The notes beneath the pieces are model-generated. The model saw only the letters and a list, made by a program, of their open reading frames with translations, was not told the DNA's origin and did not search any database. From an uncultured Gemmatimonadales bacterium (GTDB lineage Bacteria > Gemmatimonadota > Gemmatimonadetes > Longimicrobiales > RSA9): 64,000 nucleotides of DNA. Below are positions 1 to 8,250 of this stretch, in pieces. The position numbers and the translations under genes are program-made. The DNA is taken from NCBI GenBank assembly GCA_963708135.1, contig OY970192.1, positions 192,001 to 256,000 of the forward strand, in the 5' to 3' direction. Within the stretch, counting starts at the first letter, position 1, and each line of letters opens with the position of its first letter.

Positions 1-1
1 G

Positions 2-1060
2 GTCGCGGCGCACGGGGTGGAGCTCGTCGCCATCGGCAACGGCACGGCGTCGCGCGAGACGGAGGCGGCGGCGCGGGCGGCGCTGGCGGGCGGCGGCGCC
101 GGCCGACCGCAGGTCACGCTGGTGAGCGAGGCGGGGGCGTCGGTCTACTCGGCGTCCGACCTGGCGCGCGAGGAGCTGCCGGAGCTGGACGTCTCGCTGC
201 GGGGCGCGGTCTCGATCGCGCGCCGGCTGCAGGACCCGCTGGCGGAGCTGGTCAAGATCGACGCGCGCTCGATCGGCGTGGGGCAGTACCAGCACGACGT
301 GGCGCAGACGCGGCTCGCGGGCCGCCTCGACGAGGTGGTCGAGAGCTGCGTGAACCGTGTCGGGGTGGAGGTGAACACTGCCTCCGCCCCGCTCCTCGCG
401 CACGTGGCGGGCGTGGGGCCGACGCTCGCGGCCAACATCGTGCGGCTCCGCGATGAGCGCGGCGGCTTCCGCTCGCGGGCCGAGCTGCGCGACGTGCCCC
501 GCCTCGGCGCGCGCGCCTTCGAGCAGGCCGCCGGCTTCCTCCGCCTGCGCGGCGGCACGGAGCCGCTGGACGCGACGGCGGTGCACCCGGAGCGCTACGC
601 GCTGGTGCGGCGCATGGCCCGCGACCTTGGCACGCCGGTCCCGGAGCTGCTCGGCAGCCCGGCGGTGGTCGAGCGTATCGAGGCCGCTCGCTACATCTCC
701 GGCGAGGTCGGCCTGCCCACGCTGAGCGACATCCTGGAGGAGCTCGCCCGCCCGGGCCGCGATCCGCGCGAGAGCTTCGAGCCGCCCGCGTTCCGCGAGG
801 ACCTCCACGCGACGGCGGACCTCCGCGAGGGCATGGTGCTCGAGGGGGTGGTGACGAACGTCGTCGCTTTCGGTGCGTTCGTGGACGTGGGCGTGCACCA
901 GGACGGGCTGGTCCACGTCTCGCAACTGGCACGCCGCTACGTGCGCGATCCGAACGATATGGTGCGGGTGGGCCAGAAGGTTCGGGTCCGCGTCCTGTCC
1001 GTGGACCTCGAGCGCAATCGTATCTCGCTGTCGATGAAGGAGGTAAGCGACGTCGCTTGA
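2..1060 (+). CDS. tex: Tex-family transcriptional accessory protein (YqgF/HhH/S1), 5' truncated by the window edge
   Basis: Motifs IGNGTASRET, VSEAGASVYSAS, RRLQDPLAELVKID, IGVGQYQHDV; C-terminal S1 domain (GAFVDVGVHQDGLVHVS). Confidence 0.95.
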   Translation, partial: VAAHGVELVAIGNGTASRETEAAARAALAGGGAGRPQVTLVSEAGASVYSASDLAREELPELDVSLRGAVSIARRLQDPLAELVKIDARSIGVGQYQHDVAQTRLAGRLDEVVESCVNRVGVEVNTASAPLLAHVAGVGPTLAANIVRLRDERGGFRSRAELRDVPRLGARAFEQAAGFLRLRGGTEPLDATAVHPERYALVRRMARDLGTPVPELLGSPAVVERIEAARYISGEVGLPTLSDILEELARPGRDPRESFEPPAFREDLHATADLREGMVLEGVVTNVVAFGAFVDVGVHQDGLVHVSQLARRYVRDPNDMVRVGQKVRVRVLSVDLERNRISLSMKEVSDVA

Positions 1061-1167
1061 GACATGGCCCGCTTCTTGACCCCTGGCGGAACGGGCCGCG
1101 ATCGGCCCTTGCGCCCGGGAGCGGCACGCGCGGGCGGTTGAACCGGATTCGACGACGTGAGGCAGCC

Positions 1168-1566
1168 GTGCAGCCTAGAACCGTTCTTCTCGTGGAGGAC
1201 AACGAGGACAACCGCATCGTCTACGCGACGGTGCTGGAGCACTTCGGCTTCCGCGTCCTCGAGGCGCGGGACGGCGCGGAGGGCGTCCGGATGGCACACG
1301 AGGAGCACCCGGACATCGTGCTCATGGACATCTCGATCCCGGTGCTCGACGGCTGGCGGGCGACGGCGCAGCTCAAGGCGTCGCCGGAGACGTCGTCGAT
1401 CCCGATCGTCGCCCTGACGGCGCACGCGCTGCCGGAGGACCGGGAGAAGGCCAGGGCGGTCGGCTGCGACGCCTATCTGGCCAAGCCGTGCGAGCCGAGC
1501 CGCGTGCTCTCGGTGGTCCGCCGCCTGACGGATCCCAGGGGCGCGATCAGCGCGGGCAGCGACTGA
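1168..1566 (+). CDS. Single-domain response regulator (DivK/CheY-like receiver)
   Basis: VLLVEDN, LMDISIP (phospho-Asp), ALTAHA, YLAKP; GTG start chosen at the receiver domain boundary. Confidence 0.9.
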   Translation: MQPRTVLLVEDNEDNRIVYATVLEHFGFRVLEARDGAEGVRMAHEEHPDIVLMDISIPVLDGWRATAQLKASPETSSIPIVALTAHALPEDREKARAVGCDAYLAKPCEPSRVLSVVRRLTDPRGAISAGSD

Positions 1567-1700
1567 GGGACGGCGACGTCGCCGCGCCGGCCGCCACCCG
1601 GACCATGACGGCGGGCGCGACGCGGCGGCCGCGGGCTCCGAGCCGGGGAGGGCGCGAGGGCGGGCGGGGAGCGCCGGGCGCAGAGAGGACGGTCGTCGCG

Positions 1701-2498
1701 ATGCAGAGCAGGGCCCACTACCGGAAGAACCACCCGATCCATCCCGCGCTGATCCCCTTCCCGCTGGCCTTCCTGCTTGGCGCGTTCGGCTTCGACCTGG
1801 TGGGCCGGATCACGGGGATCTCCGACCTCTGGATCATCGGCAAGTATCTCTCCGGCCTCGGCGTCCTGGCCGCCCTGGCCGCGGCCATCCCGGGCTTCAT
1901 CGACTATATCGGCACGGTCCCGCCCGCGAGCTCCGGGAAGCGGCACGCCACCCGGCACATGATCCTGAATCTCTCGGCGGTCGCCCTCTTCGCCATCGCG
2001 TGGCTGGTGCGGGGCGGCGTCGGCGTGCCGCCGGACTGGCCGATCGTGGTGCTCGAGGGCGCGGGCGCGGCGCTCCTCGGCTGGGCGGGGTTCATCGGCG
2101 GCACGCTCGTGTTCCGCAACCAGATCGGCGTGGATCACCGCTACGCGGGCGCCGGCAAGTGGCGGGAGGACTCCTATCCGGCGCCGCCCGACGGTGAGGC
2201 GATCTCCGTGGCCGCGGAGGGTACGCTCGAGCCCGACCAGATGAAGCTGCTCCACGTGGGCGGCCGCCGCATCGTGCTGGCCCGCACCGAGGACGGCTAC
2301 GTCGCCTTCGACGACCGCTGCACCCACAAGGGCGGCTCGCTGGCGGGCGGCGTCACCGGCTGCGGCGTGGTCCACTGCCCGTGGCACGGCTCGCAGTTCG
2401 ACGTGCGCACGGGCGAGGTACGGGCGGGGCCGGCGGGGGAAGCGATCCGGACCTACAGGGTCGAGGTGGTCGAAGGAGAGGTGAGGCTTTACCTCTGA
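1701..2498 (+). CDS. DUF2231-like membrane domain fused to a Rieske [2Fe-2S] ferredoxin
   Basis: N-terminal HPIHPALIPFP and hydrophobic helices; Rieske boxes CTHKGG and CPWHGSQFD. Confidence 0.85.
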   Translation: MQSRAHYRKNHPIHPALIPFPLAFLLGAFGFDLVGRITGISDLWIIGKYLSGLGVLAALAAAIPGFIDYIGTVPPASSGKRHATRHMILNLSAVALFAIAWLVRGGVGVPPDWPIVVLEGAGAALLGWAGFIGGTLVFRNQIGVDHRYAGAGKWREDSYPAPPDGEAISVAAEGTLEPDQMKLLHVGGRRIVLARTEDGYVAFDDRCTHKGGSLAGGVTGCGVVHCPWHGSQFDVRTGEVRAGPAGEAIRTYRVEVVEGEVRLYL

Positions 2499-2542
2499 GG
2501 CGACCCGGGCAGGGGTCAGGGACAGGGGCACGCAACTGCCCG

Positions 2543-2629
2543 CGAGACGTAGAGCGCGCCGTCGGGGCCGAACGTCAAGGCGTCCGGGAAGAACAACCCG
2601 TTGACGATGGTGGTCTGCGCGCCCGAGGG
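2543..2629 (-). pseudogene. Isolated beta-propeller blade remnant (ScyD/ScyE- or NHL-like)
   Basis: Minus strand reads PSGAQTTIVNGLFFPDALTFGPDGALYVS with no start codon. Confidence 0.55.
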
Positions 2630-2635
2630 GACGGA

Positions 2636-2673
2636 CGGGCAGGGGCAGGGGCACCCTTCCCTGCCCCTGCCCG
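2636..2673. terminator. Perfect 15-bp hairpin between convergent genes
   Basis: CGGGCAGGGGCAGGG-8 nt-CCCTGCCCCTGCCCG, 20 bp past the stop of the minus-strand gene; no U-tract. Confidence 0.55.
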
Positions 2674-2692
2674 GTGCACGGCAGCTCCCGGT

Positions 2693-3331
2693 TCAGGCGT
2701 GGCTCGATACGAGCGGGCAGATGAGCACGTTCCCCGTTTCCACCTCGTAGATGTTGTCTCCAGCCGTCAGGTCCTTGTTGATGGGCAGAAAGACGTTGCC
2801 GGCAGCTTCGGCTGCGTCGAGATCGTCGGCGCTCGTGATGGGCTGGAAATCCGGAGACGCCACGTAGTCGGGGCTGTACATGACGAGGATGATCTTCCAC
2901 GGTGCCTTGTTCTCGCCAGCCGTGCCGTGGTTCCCCATGCCGGGCGCGCCGGTCAGCACGTGGTCGTGGTACACGAAGGGGGCGGGGAGCCCGGGGTGGA
3001 AGCAGGGGTCGCACTGCGGCTGATAGCCGGACGGAAGCGTGATGGCCGGGCCCGGCTGGAACTCCGGCGCCTGCGGATAGACGACGATGTAGAGCTCCTC
3101 CGCGTGCGCGTAGAAGTTCGGCATGGTCTGGGCGGCGTTCATGATCATGTGCGGGCCGATCATGTAGACCGTCTGGCCGTTCGCGTAGCTGGGATCGATC
3201 TCCGGCTTGCCGGGCACGGGTGACCTGTCGAAGGCGATGCCCGGCGACTTCGGCTGGGCGGGCGTCGGGCGATCACAGCCCGTGGCGGCAGCGGCGGCGA
3301 GAAGGAGCACGGTCGTGGCGAGGTGTCGCAT
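2693..3331 (-). CDS. Hypothetical lipoprotein with Cys/His-rich putative metal site
   Basis: Signal/lipobox MRHLATTVLLLAAAAATGC; QCDPCFH and YHDH motifs; GAGGAG RBS. Confidence 0.7.
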   Translation of the reverse strand: MRHLATTVLLLAAAAATGCDRPTPAQPKSPGIAFDRSPVPGKPEIDPSYANGQTVYMIGPHMIMNAAQTMPNFYAHAEELYIVVYPQAPEFQPGPAITLPSGYQPQCDPCFHPGLPAPFVYHDHVLTGAPGMGNHGTAGENKAPWKIILVMYSPDYVASPDFQPITSADDLDAAEAAGNVFLPINKDLTAGDNIYEVETGNVLICPLVSSHA

Positions 3332-3502
3332 GAGACTCTCCTCTGAGCGGGACAGGGGGGACGGATCATCGCACACGCCGACATTGCGGTCCGGCGCACA
3401 AGCTCGCAAGGTTGAAGGAGCAGGCGGTCCGTCGACCGCTCCTGCCCTTTGTACGACGAATTTCCCGAGAACCCGACATTCCCACGGCTCCGTAGGTCGG
3501 CC

Positions 3503-4069
3503 ATGCTCGAGGTCCGCCGTCCCGATGTGAGCGCCGAACAGGTCCTGGCAAAGCTGCGCAGCGGGCGTCGCGAGGACATCGACGCGCTCGTCGCGCTGTT
3601 GTACGACGAGCTGCGTGAGGTGGCGCATCGGCAACGCAGGGCCCATGGCGGAACGCTGGACACGACGGCGCTGGTGCACGAGGCCTACCTGAAGCTTGCC
3701 GGTGGTGTGCGCCCCGACTGGACCGACCGCGCGCACTTCCTCGCCCTGGCCGCGGTGGCCATGCGGCACATCCTGGCGGACCGCGCAAAGGCGCGGCTAC
3801 GCACGAAACGGGGTGGGGGGCAACAGCCGATCACGCTGGACGAGGAATCGTTCGCCGCCGAGGAAGAGGCAAGTGCGCTGCTCCAACTGGACGAGGCGCT
3901 CTCCCGACTCGGCGAGCTGGATGCGCGACTCGTGCGTGTAGTGGAGTGCCGCTTCTTCGGCGGGCTCACGCACGAGGAGATCGCGGCTGCGCTGGGAGTC
4001 ACGGTGCGGACCGTGGAGCGTGACTGGGCCAAGGCGCGTGGCCTGCTGCGGGAGCTGCTGGCCGCGTGA
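3503..4069 (+). CDS. ECF sigma factor, Sigma70_ECF/ECF43-like (kinase-associated)
   Basis: LYDELREVAH, DTTALVHEAY, RAHFLALAA, VVECRFFGGLT, TVERDW; GTGA overlap with the kinase gene. Confidence 0.9.
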   Translation: MLEVRRPDVSAEQVLAKLRSGRREDIDALVALLYDELREVAHRQRRAHGGTLDTTALVHEAYLKLAGGVRPDWTDRAHFLALAAVAMRHILADRAKARLRTKRGGGQQPITLDEESFAAEEEASALLQLDEALSRLGELDARLVRVVECRFFGGLTHEEIAAALGVTVRTVERDWAKARGLLRELLAA

Positions 4070-6678
4070 GCGAGCTACCGGGGCGGATGACGCCGGAACG
4101 CTGGGCGGTGCTTGAGCCGCTCCTCGACACCGCGCTCGAGTTGCCGCCGGAGCGGCGTGGTGGCTTCATCGCACAGGTCACGGCGGGGGACGGCTCGCTC
4201 GGGGCGGAGCTGGAACGGCTCGTCGAGCAGTGCGAGCGGGAACACACGCTGCTCGATCGACCGGCCGTCGAGCGCTTTCCTGTGCTGCTGGGAGAGGAGG
4301 CCGCGGCCGGCGAGGACATCCGCGCCCGGTTGCAGGCCGGGCTCGGCGATGCCTACACGCTCGAGGGGGAGATCGGCGGCGGCGGGATGTCGCGCGTGTT
4401 CGTGGCCCGGGAGGCGGCGCTCGGGCGTCGGGTCGTGATCAAGACGCTGTCACCGGAGCTTGCGGCGGGATTCAGCGCGGAGCGGTTCGCGAGGGAGACG
4501 CGGCTGGCGGCGTCGCTTCAGCAGGCCAACATCGTACCGCTGCTGGCGGCGGGCAGCGCCGAGGGGCTGCCGTACTACACGATGCCGTACGTGGAGGGGC
4601 ACTCGCTGCGGCACCGGCTGGGGCAGGAGGGTGCGCTGCCGATCGCGGAGGCGGTGGGGATCCTGCGGGACGTGGCCCGCGCGCTCACGTACGCGCACGC
4701 GCATGGCGTGATCCACCGCGACATCAAGCCGGCGAACGTGCTGCTGTCGGGCGGCACGGCGATGGTCACGGACTTCGGCATCGCGAAGGCGTTCGGCGCG
4801 GCGCGGGGGCCGGGGCTGGAGGACACGCTGACGAGCGCCGGGACGGGGCTGGGCACGGCGGCGTACATGGCGCCGGAGCAGGCCGCCGGGGACCCGGCCG
4901 TGGACCATCGTGCGGACCTGTACGCGTTCGGGTGCGTGGCCTACGAGATGCTCGCGGGGCGGCCACCGTTCGAGGGCGACGCGCACGAGGTGATCGCCGC
5001 CCACTTCAGGAGGACGCCCCGTCCGGTGACGGAGCTGCGGCCGGACTTGCCGCCGGGCATTGCCGGGCTCATCGCGCGGTGCATGGAGAAGGATCCCGCG
5101 CGCCGGCCGGAGAGCGCGGCGGAGCTGCTGCGGGCGCTCGATGGCATGGCGGGTCTCCCGGTCGTTCGCGGCCGGTGGCGCCGGCCGGCGCTGGTGGCGC
5201 TCGCCCTGGCGCTCGTCGGCGTGGCGATCCCCCTGGCCGAGCACCTTGCGGGCCCGGCGCCCGCACCGCCGCTCACCCTCGCCGCGCTTCCGTTCACGAA
5301 CGTGACCCACGACACCACGCTGGAGGTCCGCAGCCAGGGGATCAGCGACGAGGTCCTCGCCTCGGTCGGCAAACTCCCGGGCGTGCGGGTCACCGGCCGG
5401 ACGGCGGCGTACGCCTTCAGGGGGCGGCCCCACGCAGACCTCGGTGCCGTCGAGCGCGAGTTGGGCGCGCGGCTCCTGCTGACGGGCACGCTGCGGCAGG
5501 GCGACGGGCGCATCATCGTTTCCGCCGAGCTCCACGACTCGACCGGCGGCCGGACGCTCCTGTCCGGCACGTTCACGCGTGACTCCAGGGAGTTCGGCGC
5601 GTTGACGGAGGATGTCGCGCAGGCCGTCGCGGACACGCTGAGAGCGCGCTTCGGCGGGCGGTTCGGCGGTGCCCGGACCGGCATCTCCACGACCGGGACC
5701 ACGAGCGCCGAGGCGCTCGACCAGTACCTGCTCGGACAGGCGCTTCTCAAGCGTCGGGGCTCGGGAGTCCAGCAGAGCGTGGCGGCGTTCGAGCACGCCA
5801 TCGCGCTCGATCCGCGCTTCGCCCGGGCGTACGCCGCCCTGGCGACCGCGCTCCAGTTCTACCCGTACTTCGTGGGGACGCCGCCCGAGGAGATCAGTGA
5901 TCGCACCCTCAACGCGGCGCACCGCGCGCTCGAGCTCGACAGCAGTCTGGCCGACGCCCACGGCGCGCTGGGCGCGGCTTACGCCAAAGCGGGGCACTGG
6001 GAGGAATCGTCGGCGGAGTTCCGGCGCGCGCTCGCGCTCCAGCCGGACAACGTGGCGGCGCACTTCAACTTCGGCCGGCTGCTGGTCTCGCGCGGTGCAA
6101 CGGACGAGGGGCTGGCGCAACTCGAGCAGGCGCGCGCCCTCGAGCGCGTCTCGCCGCTCATCTCCGCGTGGCTGGCCTACGGCTACTTCGTCGCGGGACG
6201 CCGCGATGCAGCGCGAGCGGAGATCGAGCGCGCCGTCCAGCTCGATTCCACGCTCCTGCCGGTCAGCAACCTCGGCGCCCTCATGGCTCTGGCCCAGGGA
6301 AGAAAGGACGAGGCGCGCCGGCTCATGGCGGCACCGCTGCCCGTGACGACCATGACCAACGCGCCCTATGTCTTCGCGCGGCTCGGGGACACCGTGACGG
6401 CCAACCGGCTCTTGCGCGCGATGGAGGCCAACCAGCCGCGGCCGTGGTTCACCGACGCGCAGCGCGCCAGCGTGCGCCTCGCCGTCGGCGATACGGCCGG
6501 CGCTCTGGCAGCGCTCGAGACCTGTGCGCGCGCGAGCGGCCCACCGTGTCTCCTCCTCATTCCGATTCCCGACCCGGCCTACGATCCCCTGCGGCGGAGC
6601 CCCCGCTTCGCGGCGCTGCTGCGCCAGGCCGGGCTCGACGTGGCCTTACTGACGAGGCCGCACGGCGGGCGGCGCTGA
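4066..6678 (+). CDS. Hanks-type Ser/Thr kinase with TM helix, TolB-like domain and TPRs
   Basis: GGGGMSRV, HRDIKPAN, DFG, YMAPE; hydrophobic segment; ALPFTN domain; TPR repeats. Confidence 0.93.
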   Translation: MSELPGRMTPERWAVLEPLLDTALELPPERRGGFIAQVTAGDGSLGAELERLVEQCEREHTLLDRPAVERFPVLLGEEAAAGEDIRARLQAGLGDAYTLEGEIGGGGMSRVFVAREAALGRRVVIKTLSPELAAGFSAERFARETRLAASLQQANIVPLLAAGSAEGLPYYTMPYVEGHSLRHRLGQEGALPIAEAVGILRDVARALTYAHAHGVIHRDIKPANVLLSGGTAMVTDFGIAKAFGAARGPGLEDTLTSAGTGLGTAAYMAPEQAAGDPAVDHRADLYAFGCVAYEMLAGRPPFEGDAHEVIAAHFRRTPRPVTELRPDLPPGIAGLIARCMEKDPARRPESAAELLRALDGMAGLPVVRGRWRRPALVALALALVGVAIPLAEHLAGPAPAPPLTLAALPFTNVTHDTTLEVRSQGISDEVLASVGKLPGVRVTGRTAAYAFRGRPHADLGAVERELGARLLLTGTLRQGDGRIIVSAELHDSTGGRTLLSGTFTRDSREFGALTEDVAQAVADTLRARFGGRFGGARTGISTTGTTSAEALDQYLLGQALLKRRGSGVQQSVAAFEHAIALDPRFARAYAALATALQFYPYFVGTPPEEISDRTLNAAHRALELDSSLADAHGALGAAYAKAGHWEESSAEFRRALALQPDNVAAHFNFGRLLVSRGATDEGLAQLEQARALERVSPLISAWLAYGYFVAGRRDAARAEIERAVQLDSTLLPVSNLGALMALAQGRKDEARRLMAAPLPVTTMTNAPYVFARLGDTVTANRLLRAMEANQPRPWFTDAQRASVRLAVGDTAGALAALETCARASGPPCLLLIPIPDPAYDPLRRSPRFAALLRQAGLDVALLTRPHGGRR

Positions 6679-6688
6679 GGAGCGCCCG

Positions 6689-7879
6689 TCACCTCTCTCC
6701 CAGGAACACTCGCGCGATCGCCTCGGCCGGTCTCACGTAGCCGACACCGTTGACGTTGCCGATGATGGACACGACGAGCTTCTGGTCCGGGTAGAAGAGC
6801 AGCACCGAGGTGGCGCCCATGGAGCCGCCGGTGTGCTGGATCACCCTCCGGCCGGCGCCGTCCTTCCCGACGAACCAGCCCAGCCCGTAGACCACCGGCT
6901 TGCCATCGTTCGCGCGCTGCGGCGTGAACATGCTGTCCACCGTGGCGGGGCGGAGCAGCCGGCCGTCGAGCAGCGCGAGCGCGAAGCGCACCAGGTCGGC
7001 GGGGGTCGAATCGTAGCCGCCGCCCGCCCACTTGTTGCTCAGGTCCACCTCGGGCGCGTTCACCAGCTCGCCGTCGCGGCCGACTGGACGCCCACGCTCG
7101 GTGATGCGCTCAAGTGCTCGGCGGGTGTAGAACGAGGCCTGGTGCGGCAGGATCACGCCCTTGTGCTCCGCCGTGAGGCCGGTGAGGCCGAGCCGGTCGA
7201 TGATGCTGTCGCGCACGAGCCGCGTGTACGGCACGCCCGCGGCCGCCACCGTGACCGCGCTGGCCAGCACGTACCCGTAGGTCGAGTAGCTGAATTTCGT
7301 GCCGGGCGCGAAGAGGAGGGAGTCGTTCTCGAAGATGGAAAGCGACGACTTCACGTCCGGATACGCGACGTCGCTCAGGAACTCGTCGCCCCTGTAGTGC
7401 CGCACGCCGGCGGTGTGGCTCATGAGCTGGCGCATGGTCAGCGCGCCGAGCGGCGCCGGCAGGTCGGGGAGGTAACGGCGGATGGGCACGTCGAGGTCGA
7501 GTCTGTGCTGCTGCACCAGCTGCAGCGCCACAACGGCCGAGATCGGCTTCGAGATGGAGCCGATGCGGTAGAGCGTCTCCGCCGTCGCCGGGACGGCGTT
7601 CTGCACCTGCGCGAGCCCGAAGCCGCCTGTCCACAGTAGCCTGCCATCGACGGCAATGGCCGCGGAGATGCCCGGGATCCCGTGGCCGGCGCGCCAGGCG
7701 GCGAGGAGGGCGCGCGCCGAATCGAGGGAGGCGACGTCGCCCGCGGGGATCCGCCAGCCGTCCACGACCGCGGCGTGCGCCGGGCTCGCGGCGGTGGTCT
7801 GGGCGGTGGCGCGGACGGCCGTCGACGCGAGGAACGCGATGGTCAAAGCGAGGACACGGTGAGCGGAGCGAAGCATCAT
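6689..7879 (-). CDS. Secreted serine hydrolase, beta-lactamase class C/AmpC-like family
   Basis: Signal peptide; SISK (SxxK), LMSHTAG, FSYSTYGY, HTGG. Confidence 0.9.
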   Translation of the reverse strand: MMLRSAHRVLALTIAFLASTAVRATAQTTAASPAHAAVVDGWRIPAGDVASLDSARALLAAWRAGHGIPGISAAIAVDGRLLWTGGFGLAQVQNAVPATAETLYRIGSISKPISAVVALQLVQQHRLDLDVPIRRYLPDLPAPLGALTMRQLMSHTAGVRHYRGDEFLSDVAYPDVKSSLSIFENDSLLFAPGTKFSYSTYGYVLASAVTVAAAGVPYTRLVRDSIIDRLGLTGLTAEHKGVILPHQASFYTRRALERITERGRPVGRDGELVNAPEVDLSNKWAGGGYDSTPADLVRFALALLDGRLLRPATVDSMFTPQRANDGKPVVYGLGWFVGKDGAGRRVIQHTGGSMGATSVLLFYPDQKLVVSIIGNVNGVGYVRPAEAIARVFLGER

Positions 7880-7976
7880 CGGCGCCTCCGATTGGGGAGC
7901 ATGGACACGTTTATAAGGGACCGCACCGCAGAGTGATGGGCGCGGCATCGACCCTCGCCGGGATGCCGCGGCGCGA

Positions 7977-8160
7977 TCATACGGTGGCGCTGCCGATGCT
8001 GGTTCGGCGCGGGGCCGGCAATCCACCGTCCGCGGGGGCAAACCAGCGTTCGCGAGCCTCGGCGGGGGCGACCCCGGCCGCGGCGGCGCGCGCGAGTCGT
8101 TCCTCCGCGTAGCGGCTGCGCAGCATCACGTGTGCGCGGCGCGCCCGTGCGCGGTTGGCT
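7977..8160 (-). pseudogene. Internally deleted SAM-dependent methyltransferase remnant (leucine carboxyl methyltransferase-like)
   Basis: RAHVMLRSRYAEERLARAAAAGV is joined directly to a C-terminal-type PAEARERWF...GLPAPRRTSIGSATV; the LGAGLD SAM motif that normally follows is missing. Confidence 0.55.
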
Positions 8161-8250
8161 GGAAGCCGTCGTGCGCAGGGGGACGCTGTCGGTGCCCGAG
8201 TAGCCCTCGTGGCGGGTCCTCGGCGGTGAGGAGGACGCTCGCCGGCGTCC

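Noticed and set aside
2990..3020. c-type heme motif in the lipoprotein
   Set aside because: The sequence is CDPCFH (CxxCxH), not CxxCH
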